From positions 62,106 through 126,105 of the forward strand of contig CAZMPY010000026.1 in NCBI GenBank assembly GCA_964568665.1: a stretch of DNA of 64,000 nt, read 5' to 3'. Below are positions 54,715 through 63,581 of the stretch, one piece after another; position 1 is the first letter of the stretch; every line of letters starts with the position of its first letter. This DNA is from an uncultured Thermoplasmata archaeon. Its GTDB lineage: Archaea > Thermoplasmatota > Thermoplasmata > UBA10834. The position numbers were made by a program, and so were the translations under genes. The notes beneath the pieces are model-generated. The model had not been told where the DNA came from. It did no database searches and saw only the letters and a program-made list of their open reading frames with translations.

Positions 54715-54839
54715 ATGTCGGACATTTGTATATATAGGTTCCGAAAACGTCACAATTTGTCTGATAATGTCCTACAGCATCCTGGCCGGTCCATCCGTCC
54801 AGGTTCATGGCCGATTCGTAGGCTCGATATGTCCTACAG
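54715..54839 (-). promoter_or_regulatory. Promoter with a phased operator array for the RHH-ftsZ operon
   Basis: ATGTC-G-GACAT palindrome 54715-54725; TATATAT 54729-54735; GTC cores at 54749, 54759 and 54769 (10-bp period); direct repeat ATGTCCTACAG at 54767 and 54829. Confidence 0.6.
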
Positions 54840-54919
54840 GGTTTCCACAGGCTGCAGATGAAGGATAGGTTTATCCATGGTGCGCGGTATTGCGCCACAT
54901 TCTAGGCTGGGCATCATAG

Positions 54920-55219
54920 ATGAAGTGCAAGAACAAGGATGGGGACATCAAGCTTTCCAAACGGCCCACATTCCTGATGGTCGCAATCGGCATCAGCCTG
55001 TTCGTCGTTGGGTTCATCATCACGCTCACATCGATATCGGGGTCACATCTGGCTTCCGACGGTTCTGATTCGAATCTCGCGAGCGAGCCGACCGGGAGCT
55101 TCGGAGCGGACATGATGCTGTTCGTGGGCATCGCGCTGAGCCTCTCAGGCGTCGTTTTCGCAACGGCTGGTCCGGCCGTGTTCTTCATCCACAGGCGCAT
55201 GAAGCACAGGTCGATGTGA
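54920..55219 (+). CDS. Small 2-TM hypothetical membrane protein
   Basis: Two hydrophobic helices flanked by basic termini. Confidence 0.6.
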   Translation: MKCKNKDGDIKLSKRPTFLMVAIGISLFVVGFIITLTSISGSHLASDGSDSNLASEPTGSFGADMMLFVGIALSLSGVVFATAGPAVFFIHRRMKHRSM

Positions 55220-55289
55220 GGTCCGGGCAGGTGCATCGAGAAACCTTTTATTGGTCGGGGACATTCGCTATCACTGCTGGCTGAGCTCG

Positions 55290-58172
55290 ATGACCCTGGA
55301 TTTCTCTGCGATGGAGGCCAAGTGGCGCAAGGCCTGGTACGACGCGAAGATCAACGAGTCGGTCCCTGAGCCCGGGGCCAAGAAGTTCTTCATGATCTTC
55401 GCGTACCCCGGTGTGACGGGGTACATGCATGTTGGGCACATGCGGGGGTACACGATATCGGACGCGATCGTCCGGTACAAGATGATGACCGGGCACAGGG
55501 TACTGTTCCCCGTAGGCACCCACGCGACTGGCAACGGTGCCATCAGCTTCGCCAGGAAGGTCGAGCGGGGAGACCCGAGGACGGTCGACATCCTGAAGGC
55601 GAACGGATGCACCGACGAGACGATCGCGAAGCTCAAGGACCCCCTCGAGGTCATCAGGTTCTTCAACGAGGTCTATATCAACGACTACTGGAAGCGCTTC
55701 GGGTTCATGTCCGACTGGAGACGCTTCACGTGCACGATATGGCCGGACTACTCGAAGTTCATCGAATGGCAGATGTGCAAGCTGAAGTCGCTCGGCCTGC
55801 TCATCCAGAAGCCATACTATGCGCCCGCATGTCTCGAGCACGGCCCGGTGGCCATCGACGCGTCGGAGACGGACATATCCAAGGGCGGGAACGCCGAGGT
55901 GCTGGAGTACTCCCTGCTCAAGTTCGATTTCGAGGACGGCCGGAAGCTCGTTGCGGCGACGCTCAGGCCCGAGACGGTCTTCGGCCTGACGAACTTCTGG
56001 GTCAATCCGGATGTCGAGTATGTCGACGTCCAGGTAGGGGGCGAGACCTGGGTGGCGACCCGTGAGGCGGCTGAGAAGCTGAAGCTCCAGAAGGACGATG
56101 TCGTGGTCAAGGGCTCCGCGGACGGCGCGTCGCTCATGGGGAAGAGATGCAAGGCGCCCTTCACCGGGAAGATGATCCCCATATTCCCTTCACGACTGTG
56201 CGACCCGAACGTGGGCACAGGTCTGGTCATGAGCGTCCCGTCGGATGCGCCCTTCGACTGGGTCGCCCTCGTCGAGCTGAGGCGGGACCGGGAGATGCGG
56301 GCGAAGTTCGGGATCACGGACGAGATGATGGACGAGGCCATGCCCATCCCGATAATCGACACGCCTGGCTGGGGACCGCTCCCGGCGGTGGAGATCACGG
56401 AGAAGATGGGCATATCGTCGCTCAGCGACCCAAAGCTCGAGGAGGCCACGAAGGAGGTCTACAAGAGCGGCTTCCACAGGGGCGTCATGAACAAGGCCAC
56501 CGGGGACTTCGCCGGACAGCCGGTCGAGAAGGCCAAGGACGCGATGCGGGAGCGGATGCTGGCCAGCGGCCAGGCGCACCTGTTCTACGACCTGTCCGAG
56601 GAGGTCCTCTGCAGATGCGGGAACAAGGTCCTGATCAGGAAGATCCCGGATCAGTGGTTCATAGATTATGCAGACCCTGCTCTGACCGCGAGGTCGAAGG
56701 AGCATGCGCTCACCATGAAGATCCTGCCCAAGGAATACTACGAGAACATCCAGGGTGTGCTCGGCTGGTACCGGGAACGGGCATGCGTTCGTCTCGGGAA
56801 CTGGTTGGGGACCAGGTTTCCGTTCGACCAGAGATGGATCGTCGAAGCGATCGCCGATAGCACGCTCTATCCCGTGTATTATGTCATATCGAGGTACGCG
56901 AACGAAGGGGCGATCAGGCCCGAGGGCATGAACGAGGCCTTCTTCGATTTCGTCGTGCTCGGCAGGGGCGAGCCCGCGGAGGTCGCCCGCCAGACAGGGT
57001 TCGACGAAGGGGTCCTGAAGGAGATCCGGGCGGAGTTCGAGTACTGGTACCCGCTCGACATCAACCTCGGGGGCAAGGAGCACATGACGGTCCACTTCCC
57101 CGTGTTCCTCATGAACCATGTGGCCGTCCTCCGGCCCGAGCACTGGCCGAGGGGCATCATGGTCAACTGGTACATCACGTCGGTCGGGGGGAAGATATCA
57201 AAGTCCAAGGGCGGCGCGCAGCCCATCCCCGATGCGGCGGAGCGTTTCGGGGTCGACGCGATGCGTCTGTTCTATGCGCACACAGCCTCCCTGTTCGTCG
57301 ACGTCGCGTGGGAGGACGAGAAGGCCGAGACATACAGGGACAGGCTCGAACGCATCTGGTCACAGGTGTCCGAGCTGGAGGCCGTTACCGAGGAGGCCCC
57401 GTCCGACATCGACGGATGGCTGGAGGCGCGGATGAGCTCCCGTGTCGCGGGGCTCCACGAGCACATGGAGGACTACGACCTCAGGTCCTACTCCAATGAC
57501 GTCTACTTCGAGATGCCGCAGGACTTCAAGTGGTACCTGAAGCGCGGAGGGAAGAGCCGAGAGGCCGTCAGGAATGCCCTCGAGGTCTGGGTCCCGCTGA
57601 TGGCTCCCATCACGCCTCACCTTGCCGAGGAGATCTGGGAGCGGCTGGGCAAGAAGCCGTTCGCGTCCGTCGTCCAGCTGCCTGCGGGTTCGAGGTCGGA
57701 GCCAGTGATGGCGCAGGAGGCCAGGGAGGCGCTCATAGGGAGGCTCATCACGGATGTCACCGAGATAGTCAAGGTCACGGGGATGACCCCGAAGCGCCTG
57801 GTCCTGATGACGGCCCCGGCCTGGAAGCAGGACCTGCTCGCAGACGCGCTGGCCCAGACCGGAGCGAAGGTCGATATCTCCGCGCTGATCAGGTCCGCGA
57901 TGGCGAAGGTCAGCGGGCCCGAGGCGAAGAAGGAGGTCCCGGCGTTCGCCAAGGAGGTCGCGACAGATGTGTCGAGATTGACCGCCGAGAACAGGAAGGC
58001 CGCGTCGGTGCGCACGGACGAGCTGCAGACGCTCCGCCGGTCAGCAGGCTTCCTCCAAGGTCAGTTCGGGTGCGCCGTCGAGGTCTATGCGGCCGACGAC
58101 CCAGCGAGATACGACCCCAAGGCCAAGGCCAGGTTCGCGAAGCCAGGAAGGCCAGCCGTCTATATCGAATGA
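55290..58172 (+). CDS. leuS: Leucyl-tRNA synthetase (archaeal type)
   Basis: YPGVTGYMHVGH (HIGH), TLRPET and GTG.VMSVP (CP1 editing domain), KISKS (KMSKS), C-terminal A.PGRPA. Confidence 0.96.
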   Translation: MTLDFSAMEAKWRKAWYDAKINESVPEPGAKKFFMIFAYPGVTGYMHVGHMRGYTISDAIVRYKMMTGHRVLFPVGTHATGNGAISFARKVERGDPRTVDILKANGCTDETIAKLKDPLEVIRFFNEVYINDYWKRFGFMSDWRRFTCTIWPDYSKFIEWQMCKLKSLGLLIQKPYYAPACLEHGPVAIDASETDISKGGNAEVLEYSLLKFDFEDGRKLVAATLRPETVFGLTNFWVNPDVEYVDVQVGGETWVATREAAEKLKLQKDDVVVKGSADGASLMGKRCKAPFTGKMIPIFPSRLCDPNVGTGLVMSVPSDAPFDWVALVELRRDREMRAKFGITDEMMDEAMPIPIIDTPGWGPLPAVEITEKMGISSLSDPKLEEATKEVYKSGFHRGVMNKATGDFAGQPVEKAKDAMRERMLASGQAHLFYDLSEEVLCRCGNKVLIRKIPDQWFIDYADPALTARSKEHALTMKILPKEYYENIQGVLGWYRERACVRLGNWLGTRFPFDQRWIVEAIADSTLYPVYYVISRYANEGAIRPEGMNEAFFDFVVLGRGEPAEVARQTGFDEGVLKEIRAEFEYWYPLDINLGGKEHMTVHFPVFLMNHVAVLRPEHWPRGIMVNWYITSVGGKISKSKGGAQPIPDAAERFGVDAMRLFYAHTASLFVDVAWEDEKAETYRDRLERIWSQVSELEAVTEEAPSDIDGWLEARMSSRVAGLHEHMEDYDLRSYSNDVYFEMPQDFKWYLKRGGKSREAVRNALEVWVPLMAPITPHLAEEIWERLGKKPFASVVQLPAGSRSEPVMAQEAREALIGRLITDVTEIVKVTGMTPKRLVLMTAPAWKQDLLADALAQTGAKVDISALIRSAMAKVSGPEAKKEVPAFAKEVATDVSRLTAENRKAASVRTDELQTLRRSAGFLQGQFGCAVEVYAADDPARYDPKAKARFAKPGRPAVYIE

Positions 58173-58351
58173 CCTCCCGGGCGCGCGCCTGCGAAGAGTC
58201 TGGTCCGGACACACATCGTGCCGACCATCATGCTCCCCTTGAAGAAGTGGAAGTGGTACGCCCCAGGGAGGCTCCAGCGTGTCCGGCGTGATAACGGGAC
58301 ACGAAAGCATTAAGGCGTGGCCGAGCGAATACCATTGAACTGGTCGGTACG

Positions 58352-60178
58352 ATGACCTCTCGCACCGTTCTAATCTCGATTGTCCTATTCGCGTTGATGC
58401 TGTGCTCCGTCCCTTCGTCGACCAGTGCACTGGCTGACGGCGATGGCGCGGTCTATCTGAACACTAAGATGGTCGCGACAGGCTACGACACGATCGAAGG
58501 ATCCGGGAGTTTCAGCGCGACGTTCACGGGCGAGGCCGCGGTCGGCCTCCGGGTCGCGGTCGCGGGTGTGTACGGCGGGGACGACGGCATCATATCGACG
58601 GACGAGCTCAGGATGTTCCTCGGGGACTTCTCGGAGGAGGTCGCGGGCAGGTCCTACTGGGGGGTCGTCATCGACTCTACGACAGACTTCAACGCATCGA
58701 GCGAGGACGACATACTCGTGGCGACCGAGGGGGTCCTGTATGTGAACCTCAGCTCCGCAGCCGATGTGGTCATAGGGATGGACTTCTCGGGCAGCGGTCC
58801 CGGGGGTTCGAGGCTGATCCAGCTGTCCCAGGGACCCGTCGACCTGCTCCTCGATTCCCTGAACGCCACCGTCGGGTTCGAGCACACGGGCACGCTCCAT
58901 GTCCGGGACCGGGTCGTGATGCTCGGGCTCGGGAGCTATACGACGCCGGACCTCTCGGACGGCAGGGTCCGGGAACTGAGGACGCCAGCGGGGAACATCG
59001 CGTGGTACTCGTTCGACGGCGATGTCGAGTCGAACCGGCTGGTCCAGGAGGAGACCCTGACCTACGAGAAGTTCAGCGTCATGGAGAACCAGCAGCTGTC
59101 GTTCGTGGTCGTGCTCATCGGATCCATACTGGTGCTCAGGATGCCCGCGACGAGGTTCGAGAAGTACAGGCTCCTGCATCCGAAGAAGTTCCGCAGGTTC
59201 GCGAAGCCACTGATATCGGTGCGCGCAAGCATGTACGCGATCGTGGCCTTTCTCTCGGTCATATACCTCCTTCCCTACCTGTTCGCCGTCGGGTCCCCGA
59301 ACACGATCCTCTATTCGTCCTACCTGTTCTTCATCGTCCCGGGCGCGGTCTTCATGGAGTACCTCATATCGAGGACGCTCTATGGCAGGGCCGCCCTGGA
59401 CATACCCGAGGAAACGGTGATCGAGGTGAAGCAGGCGCTGGTCGAGGAGAAGGCCCCGGAGGCGCTCTGCGAAATCTGCTTCAAGTCGATCGACACGCCC
59501 CTCGAGAAGATGCTCTGCCCCGGCTGCGGCACGCATCTGCACACCGCATGCGCGGAGCGGACGCAGTTGTGCCCCTCGTGCGAGGCGGTCCTCTTCCCGC
59601 ACAGGACCAGGTCGATCGAGTGTATGAAGTGCGGGGAGACATTCCTGTACACTGGCCCTGACGAACCGTACGCCGTGCAGTGCACGAGGTGCGGGGCGTT
59701 CCAGGAGGATGTCAAGGCCGGGGTCAACTACCTCGTGGTCGACCAGGACTCCAGGAACGCTTACATGATGATACGCGCGATGGGCATGTCCGGGCGTCCG
59801 GCCCTCGTGCTCACTGCGAACTTCCCAGGGAAGGTGAGGAGCGAGTACGACCTCGGCGAAGGTGTGGAGATCAAGTGGTTCTCGGACAGCTCCACGGACA
59901 TAGACAACATCAACCCGAAGGACCTGGACGGGGACGCGATGGAAATCGCATCGACCTTCCTGATGACGACCAAGGCATCGGGCCTGCTCCTGGACGGCGC
60001 GGACTTCCTGGCCAAGGAGAACGGCTTCGGCGCCGTCTACGCGTTCATAAGGCGGCTGAACGACCTCGCGGCGATCCATGGCGCGACGATCATCATGGCC
60101 CTCGACCGGGCCACGTTCTCGGAGGACGAGGTGACGAAGATCACCGACGAGTTCGACGAGATCCACGACTACACTTAG
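58352..60178 (+). CDS. Membrane protein: exported N-terminal domain, 3 TM, PHD/RING-like and Zn-ribbon fingers, C-terminal DUF835
   Basis: Signal peptide; TMs; CEIC..CPGC..H..C..CPSC; CMKC..CTRC; LVLTANFP..IKWF..INP..LLLDGADFL..NGF. Confidence 0.75.
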   Translation: MTSRTVLISIVLFALMLCSVPSSTSALADGDGAVYLNTKMVATGYDTIEGSGSFSATFTGEAAVGLRVAVAGVYGGDDGIISTDELRMFLGDFSEEVAGRSYWGVVIDSTTDFNASSEDDILVATEGVLYVNLSSAADVVIGMDFSGSGPGGSRLIQLSQGPVDLLLDSLNATVGFEHTGTLHVRDRVVMLGLGSYTTPDLSDGRVRELRTPAGNIAWYSFDGDVESNRLVQEETLTYEKFSVMENQQLSFVVVLIGSILVLRMPATRFEKYRLLHPKKFRRFAKPLISVRASMYAIVAFLSVIYLLPYLFAVGSPNTILYSSYLFFIVPGAVFMEYLISRTLYGRAALDIPEETVIEVKQALVEEKAPEALCEICFKSIDTPLEKMLCPGCGTHLHTACAERTQLCPSCEAVLFPHRTRSIECMKCGETFLYTGPDEPYAVQCTRCGAFQEDVKAGVNYLVVDQDSRNAYMMIRAMGMSGRPALVLTANFPGKVRSEYDLGEGVEIKWFSDSSTDIDNINPKDLDGDAMEIASTFLMTTKASGLLLDGADFLAKENGFGAVYAFIRRLNDLAAIHGATIIMALDRATFSEDEVTKITDEFDEIHDYT

Positions 60179-60728
60179 TCTCCCCGCCGGACCACCGCTC
60201 GTACATGTCGTTGTCTAGCCCCAGGACGTCCAGCACCCTGCCGACCATGAAATCGACCATGTCGTCCGCGCTCTTCGGCCTCGGATAGAACGCAGGGCAT
60301 GCTGGCATGATGACTGCGCCCGCCGCCGATAGCCGTTCCATGTTCGACAGGTGTATCGTCGAGAGCGGGGTCTCCCTGACCAGCAGGACGAGCCTCCGCC
60401 GCTCCTTCAGGGCCACGGACGCCACCCTGGTGACCAGGTTGTCCGCGATGCCACAGGCGATCTTGGACATCGTGGATGTGCTGCAGGGCGCGATGACGAA
60501 CGAATCGAACCTGACCGACCCCGAGGCCAGCGGCGAGCAGAGGTCGCGGTTGTCGTAGTGCTCGTCCGCGAGGGCATGTATGTCCGCGAGCGACATCCCT
60601 AGCTCGGCGTCTGCGATCCCCTTGGCGTCCTCGGAGACGATGACCGCCTTGTCGCCTGGCAGTGCCTGGAGCAGCCTGACGCCGTACACGGCCCCGGAGG
60701 CGCCAGTGATGCCCACGACGGTCTTCAT
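60141..60728 (-). CDS. ubiX: Flavin prenyltransferase UbiX
   Basis: VVGITGASG, ASGS, APCS..T..KIACGIADNL..R, VRETPL, PAFY..P..DDMVDF. Confidence 0.95.
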   Translation of the reverse strand: MKTVVGITGASGAVYGVRLLQALPGDKAVIVSEDAKGIADAELGMSLADIHALADEHYDNRDLCSPLASGSVRFDSFVIAPCSTSTMSKIACGIADNLVTRVASVALKERRRLVLLVRETPLSTIHLSNMERLSAAGAVIMPACPAFYPRPKSADDMVDFMVGRVLDVLGLDNDMYERWSGGETKCSRGSRRTRR

Positions 60729-60775
60729 GGCGGACCTCAACGCCGACCTCATCCAAAAAGCCTTTCACCCGGAAT

Positions 60776-60795
60776 GCCATCGGATGTCCGATGGC
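60776..60795. promoter_or_regulatory. Perfect 9-2-9 palindrome in the ubiX/rps19e divergent region
   Basis: GCCATCGGA-TG-TCCGATGGC. Confidence 0.55.
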
Positions 60796-60918
60796 CCAGG
60801 ACTGGCCCTACGGCTATCCAGGAAGCATTTATATATGAGCACCATCTTATCCGCGATTTGCCACCCAGGTGGCAGATAATCCAGCTGATTGCTTGCTGCA
60901 TTTGCTTGAGGTAATCAA

Positions 60919-61374
60919 ATGGCGACAGCGTTTGACGTTCCCGCAAACAGGCTCATCCCACGGATAGCCGAAGAGCTGAAGAAGGTCGAGACGATCAAGG
61001 CCCCTGAGTGGGCTGCCTACGTGAAGACAGGCAGACACAAGGAGAAGAGCCCGGTCAGCGAGAGCTGGTGGTACACGAGGTGCGCCGCGGTCCTGAGGAA
61101 GCTCTATGTCGACGGGCCGATGGGCACGACCAGGCTCGCGGCGGAGTACGGCGGGAGGGCCGACCGCGGCTCGAAGCCGAACAAGTCGGTCCGCGGCTCG
61201 AGGTCCATTTCAAGGCACACGGTCCAGCAGTTGGAGAAGTCCCTGCTGATCCAGAAGGAGAAGGACGGAGGCAGGGCTGTGACGGCCAAGGGCAGGAAGC
61301 TGGTCGACAACCTGTCGACCCAGGTGCTCAAGGAGATGGCCGCCCAGAACCCTGAGCTCACGAAGTACATCTGA
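60919..61374 (+). CDS. rps19e: 30S ribosomal protein S19e
   Basis: PEWAAYVKTGRHKE, WWYTRCAAVLRKLY, GSRSI.R..QQLE. Confidence 0.97.
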   Translation: MATAFDVPANRLIPRIAEELKKVETIKAPEWAAYVKTGRHKEKSPVSESWWYTRCAAVLRKLYVDGPMGTTRLAAEYGGRADRGSKPNKSVRGSRSISRHTVQQLEKSLLIQKEKDGGRAVTAKGRKLVDNLSTQVLKEMAAQNPELTKYI

Positions 61375-61384
61375 GTGAACGGCA

Positions 61385-61714
61385 ATGGCGGACGATGAGC
61401 TCGACGCGCTGAGGCAGAGGAAGCTGCAGGAGCTCCAGGTGCGCGCCCAACAGGAGACGGTCGTGCAGGAGCAGAACAAGCAGCTGGAGGCCCAGAGGGC
61501 CTTGCTGATGCGCCAGCTGCTCACGCCGGAGGCGCGCGAGAGGCTCGCGAACCTGCGCATGACCCGCCCTGACGTGGTCGAGAGCGTCGAGAACCAGCTG
61601 GCCATGCTGGTGCAGTCCGGGAGGATCTCCCAGCAGATAGACGATTATACGCTCAGGCAGATCCTAAGGAAGGTCATGCCGACGAAGAGGGATATCAAGA
61701 TCGAGAGGAGATGA
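61385..61714 (+). CDS. DNA-binding protein, PDCD5 homologue
   Basis: [22 protein letters not shown]; conserved position after rps19e. Confidence 0.93.
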   Translation: MADDELDALRQRKLQELQVRAQQETVVQEQNKQLEAQRALLMRQLLTPEARERLANLRMTRPDVVESVENQLAMLVQSGRISQQIDDYTLRQILRKVMPTKRDIKIERR

Positions 61715-61718
61715 CCGC

Positions 61719-61874
61719 ATGTCCAAGCACAAACCACATGCAAGGAAGCTCAGGCTGATGAGGGCCACGAAGAGCAACCGCCGTGTTCCCGCCTGGGTCA
61801 TGATGAGGACGAACAGGGCCTTCCTCAGGCACCCGAAGAGGCGCAACTGGAGAAGGACCAAGCTGAAGGTGTGA
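61719..61874 (+). CDS. rpl39e: 50S ribosomal protein L39e
   Basis: Not in the ORF track; [51 protein letters not shown] (51 aa). Confidence 0.96.
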   Translation: MSKHKPHARKLRLMRATKSNRRVPAWVMMRTNRAFLRHPKRRNWRRTKLKV

Positions 61875-61884
61875 GGGGCTTAAA

Positions 61885-62181
61885 ATGGCAGACGAGTTGG
61901 AGAGAGTTTACACGATACCGCTGACGGTCACAAGAGTGGTCCCGCGCACCAAGCGCGCCCCACGGGCGATCAAGGAGATCCGGGAGTACATCCAGTCCCA
62001 CATGGGCGAGAAGTTCAAGGGTGACGGGGAGTCCAAGGAGACGCCCAAGGAAATCTGGGTCGACTACAAGCTCAACGAGAGGATATGGTGCAGGGGCATA
62101 GAGAATCCGCCCAGGAAGATACGGGTCAAGGCCATCAGGTTCGAGGACGGTCTGATCGAGGTCTCGCTCCCGGAGGAATGA
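61885..62181 (+). CDS. rpl31e: 50S ribosomal protein L31e
   Basis: ERVYTIPL, KRAPRAIKEI, LNERIW.RGI..PP.KIRVKA. Confidence 0.96.
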   Translation: MADELERVYTIPLTVTRVVPRTKRAPRAIKEIREYIQSHMGEKFKGDGESKETPKEIWVDYKLNERIWCRGIENPPRKIRVKAIRFEDGLIEVSLPEE

Positions 62182-62200
62182 TTTTTCCGGGGTACGGCTG

Positions 62201-62860
62201 ATGATGAGACTCGGTGAGGTCAACGGCAGCCCGTACATCGGGGTATACTGCGCAGCCAGCGAGACGCTGGCGCTCGCGCCTGATAACGTCGATGAGCGCG
62301 TGGTCAGGGAGCTCGGTGAGGCGCTCGGGGTTCCCGTGCTGAGGATATATGTCGCGGGCTCGATCGTGGTCGGCTCGCTCGTAGCGATGAACTCGCACGG
62401 GGTAGTGCTGACCAACTTCGCGGAGAAGCATGAGATAGCCCGCTTCCCCAAGGAGCTCAGGATCGGCAAGATGGATGAGAAGCACAACGCCGCGGGGAAC
62501 AACATCCTCGCGAACGACCACGCGGCCTATGTGAACCCGGAGGTCAGCAGGTCGACCGAGATGTTCCTGCAGGATGTGCTCGGGGTCGAGGTCCAGGCGA
62601 AGGCCGTCGCGGGCATAGAGACCGTCGGGTCGGCGTGCATCGCGACGAACAAGGGCGTCGTGTGCCATCCAAGGACCAGCGAGGACGAGCTCAGGGAGAT
62701 ATCTGCGTTCTTCAAGGTGCCCGCAGTCGTCGCGTCGCTGAACTACGGGATGCCTATCATCGGGGCATGCGCGGTCGCGAACAGCAAGGGTGCGTATGTC
62801 GGCGCAAGGTCCACACCCATAGAGCTCGGCAGACTCGAGGACGGGCTCGGCCTCTTCTGA
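62201..62860 (+). CDS. eif6: Translation initiation factor aIF6
   Basis: PYIGVY, GSIVVGSL, GNNILAND, VGSACIATNKG..HP, G..STPIELGR. Confidence 0.95.
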   Translation: MMRLGEVNGSPYIGVYCAASETLALAPDNVDERVVRELGEALGVPVLRIYVAGSIVVGSLVAMNSHGVVLTNFAEKHEIARFPKELRIGKMDEKHNAAGNNILANDHAAYVNPEVSRSTEMFLQDVLGVEVQAKAVAGIETVGSACIATNKGVVCHPRTSEDELREISAFFKVPAVVASLNYGMPIIGACAVANSKGAYVGARSTPIELGRLEDGLGLF

Positions 62861-62862
62861 GC

Positions 62863-63549
62863 CTACGGCGAGAATATCCAGAATTCCGTCCCTTTCGACG
62901 GCATGTCGTCGTCCGCGAAGTCGACCTCGTTGCCCACTTTCACGATCTGTTCCTTGGGGCAGAGTGCCAGGAAGTTCTCCAGGGGTTTCACGGACAGCGA
63001 GAGTCCGGCGGTCCGGTAGTGCATCGGGATGGCGACCCTGGGCCCGATGCGCTCGATCACGCCTCTTGCGGTCTCCGGCCCGATCGTGAAGACATCGCCG
63101 ACCGGAACGAAGAGCACATCGACGCAGCCTATGCGATCCGCGATGTCGTCCCCGAGCGCATGGCCCAGGTCCCCGAGGTGGCAGAAGGTCGTCCCGTCGA
63201 GTTCGAACCTGAATATAGTGTTATTGCCGCGCTTGACCCCGCCCTGCTCATCGTGGAACGACTCGATGCCTTCGATCCTGACGCCGCGCTCGACCGTCAT
63301 TACTGGCTTTGCAATCACCGCGCTCTCCTGCTTGGAGACGAGCCTGACGCAGTTGTGGTCGAAATGATCGTGGGAGACGAGGATGACGTCCGCCCTGACC
63401 TTGGGCGGTGCGATGCCGATAGACTTGCCGTCGTGCGGGTCGGTGACGACGGTGACACTGCCCCCGACCTCAAAGCATGCATGCCCGTGCCATCTTATGC
63501 GCAGAACCCGTCCCCCGGTAGTAGGCTGACGAGAAGTAATCTTTGACAC
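62863..63549 (-). CDS. MBL-fold metallo-hydrolase (Lactamase_B_3 type)
   Basis: WHGHACF, DPH, SHDHFDH, HLGD, PMHY; true start probably near LRIRW and is unresolved. Confidence 0.9.
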   Translation of the reverse strand: MSKITSRQPTTGGRVLRIRWHGHACFEVGGSVTVVTDPHDGKSIGIAPPKVRADVILVSHDHFDHNCVRLVSKQESAVIAKPVMTVERGVRIEGIESFHDEQGGVKRGNNTIFRFELDGTTFCHLGDLGHALGDDIADRIGCVDVLFVPVGDVFTIGPETARGVIERIGPRVAIPMHYRTAGLSLSVKPLENFLALCPKEQIVKVGNEVDFADDDMPSKGTEFWIFSP

Positions 63550-63581
63550 TGTACTTAATCAAGACGGTGTCCGCGGCTTGA

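Noticed and set aside
58169-58323. Small ORFs after leuS (MTSRARAC..., 40 aa, ATGA-coupled; MLPLKKWKW..., 27 aa)
   Set aside because: No motif or conservation evidence is available and the two frames compete; cannot be supported from sequence alone.
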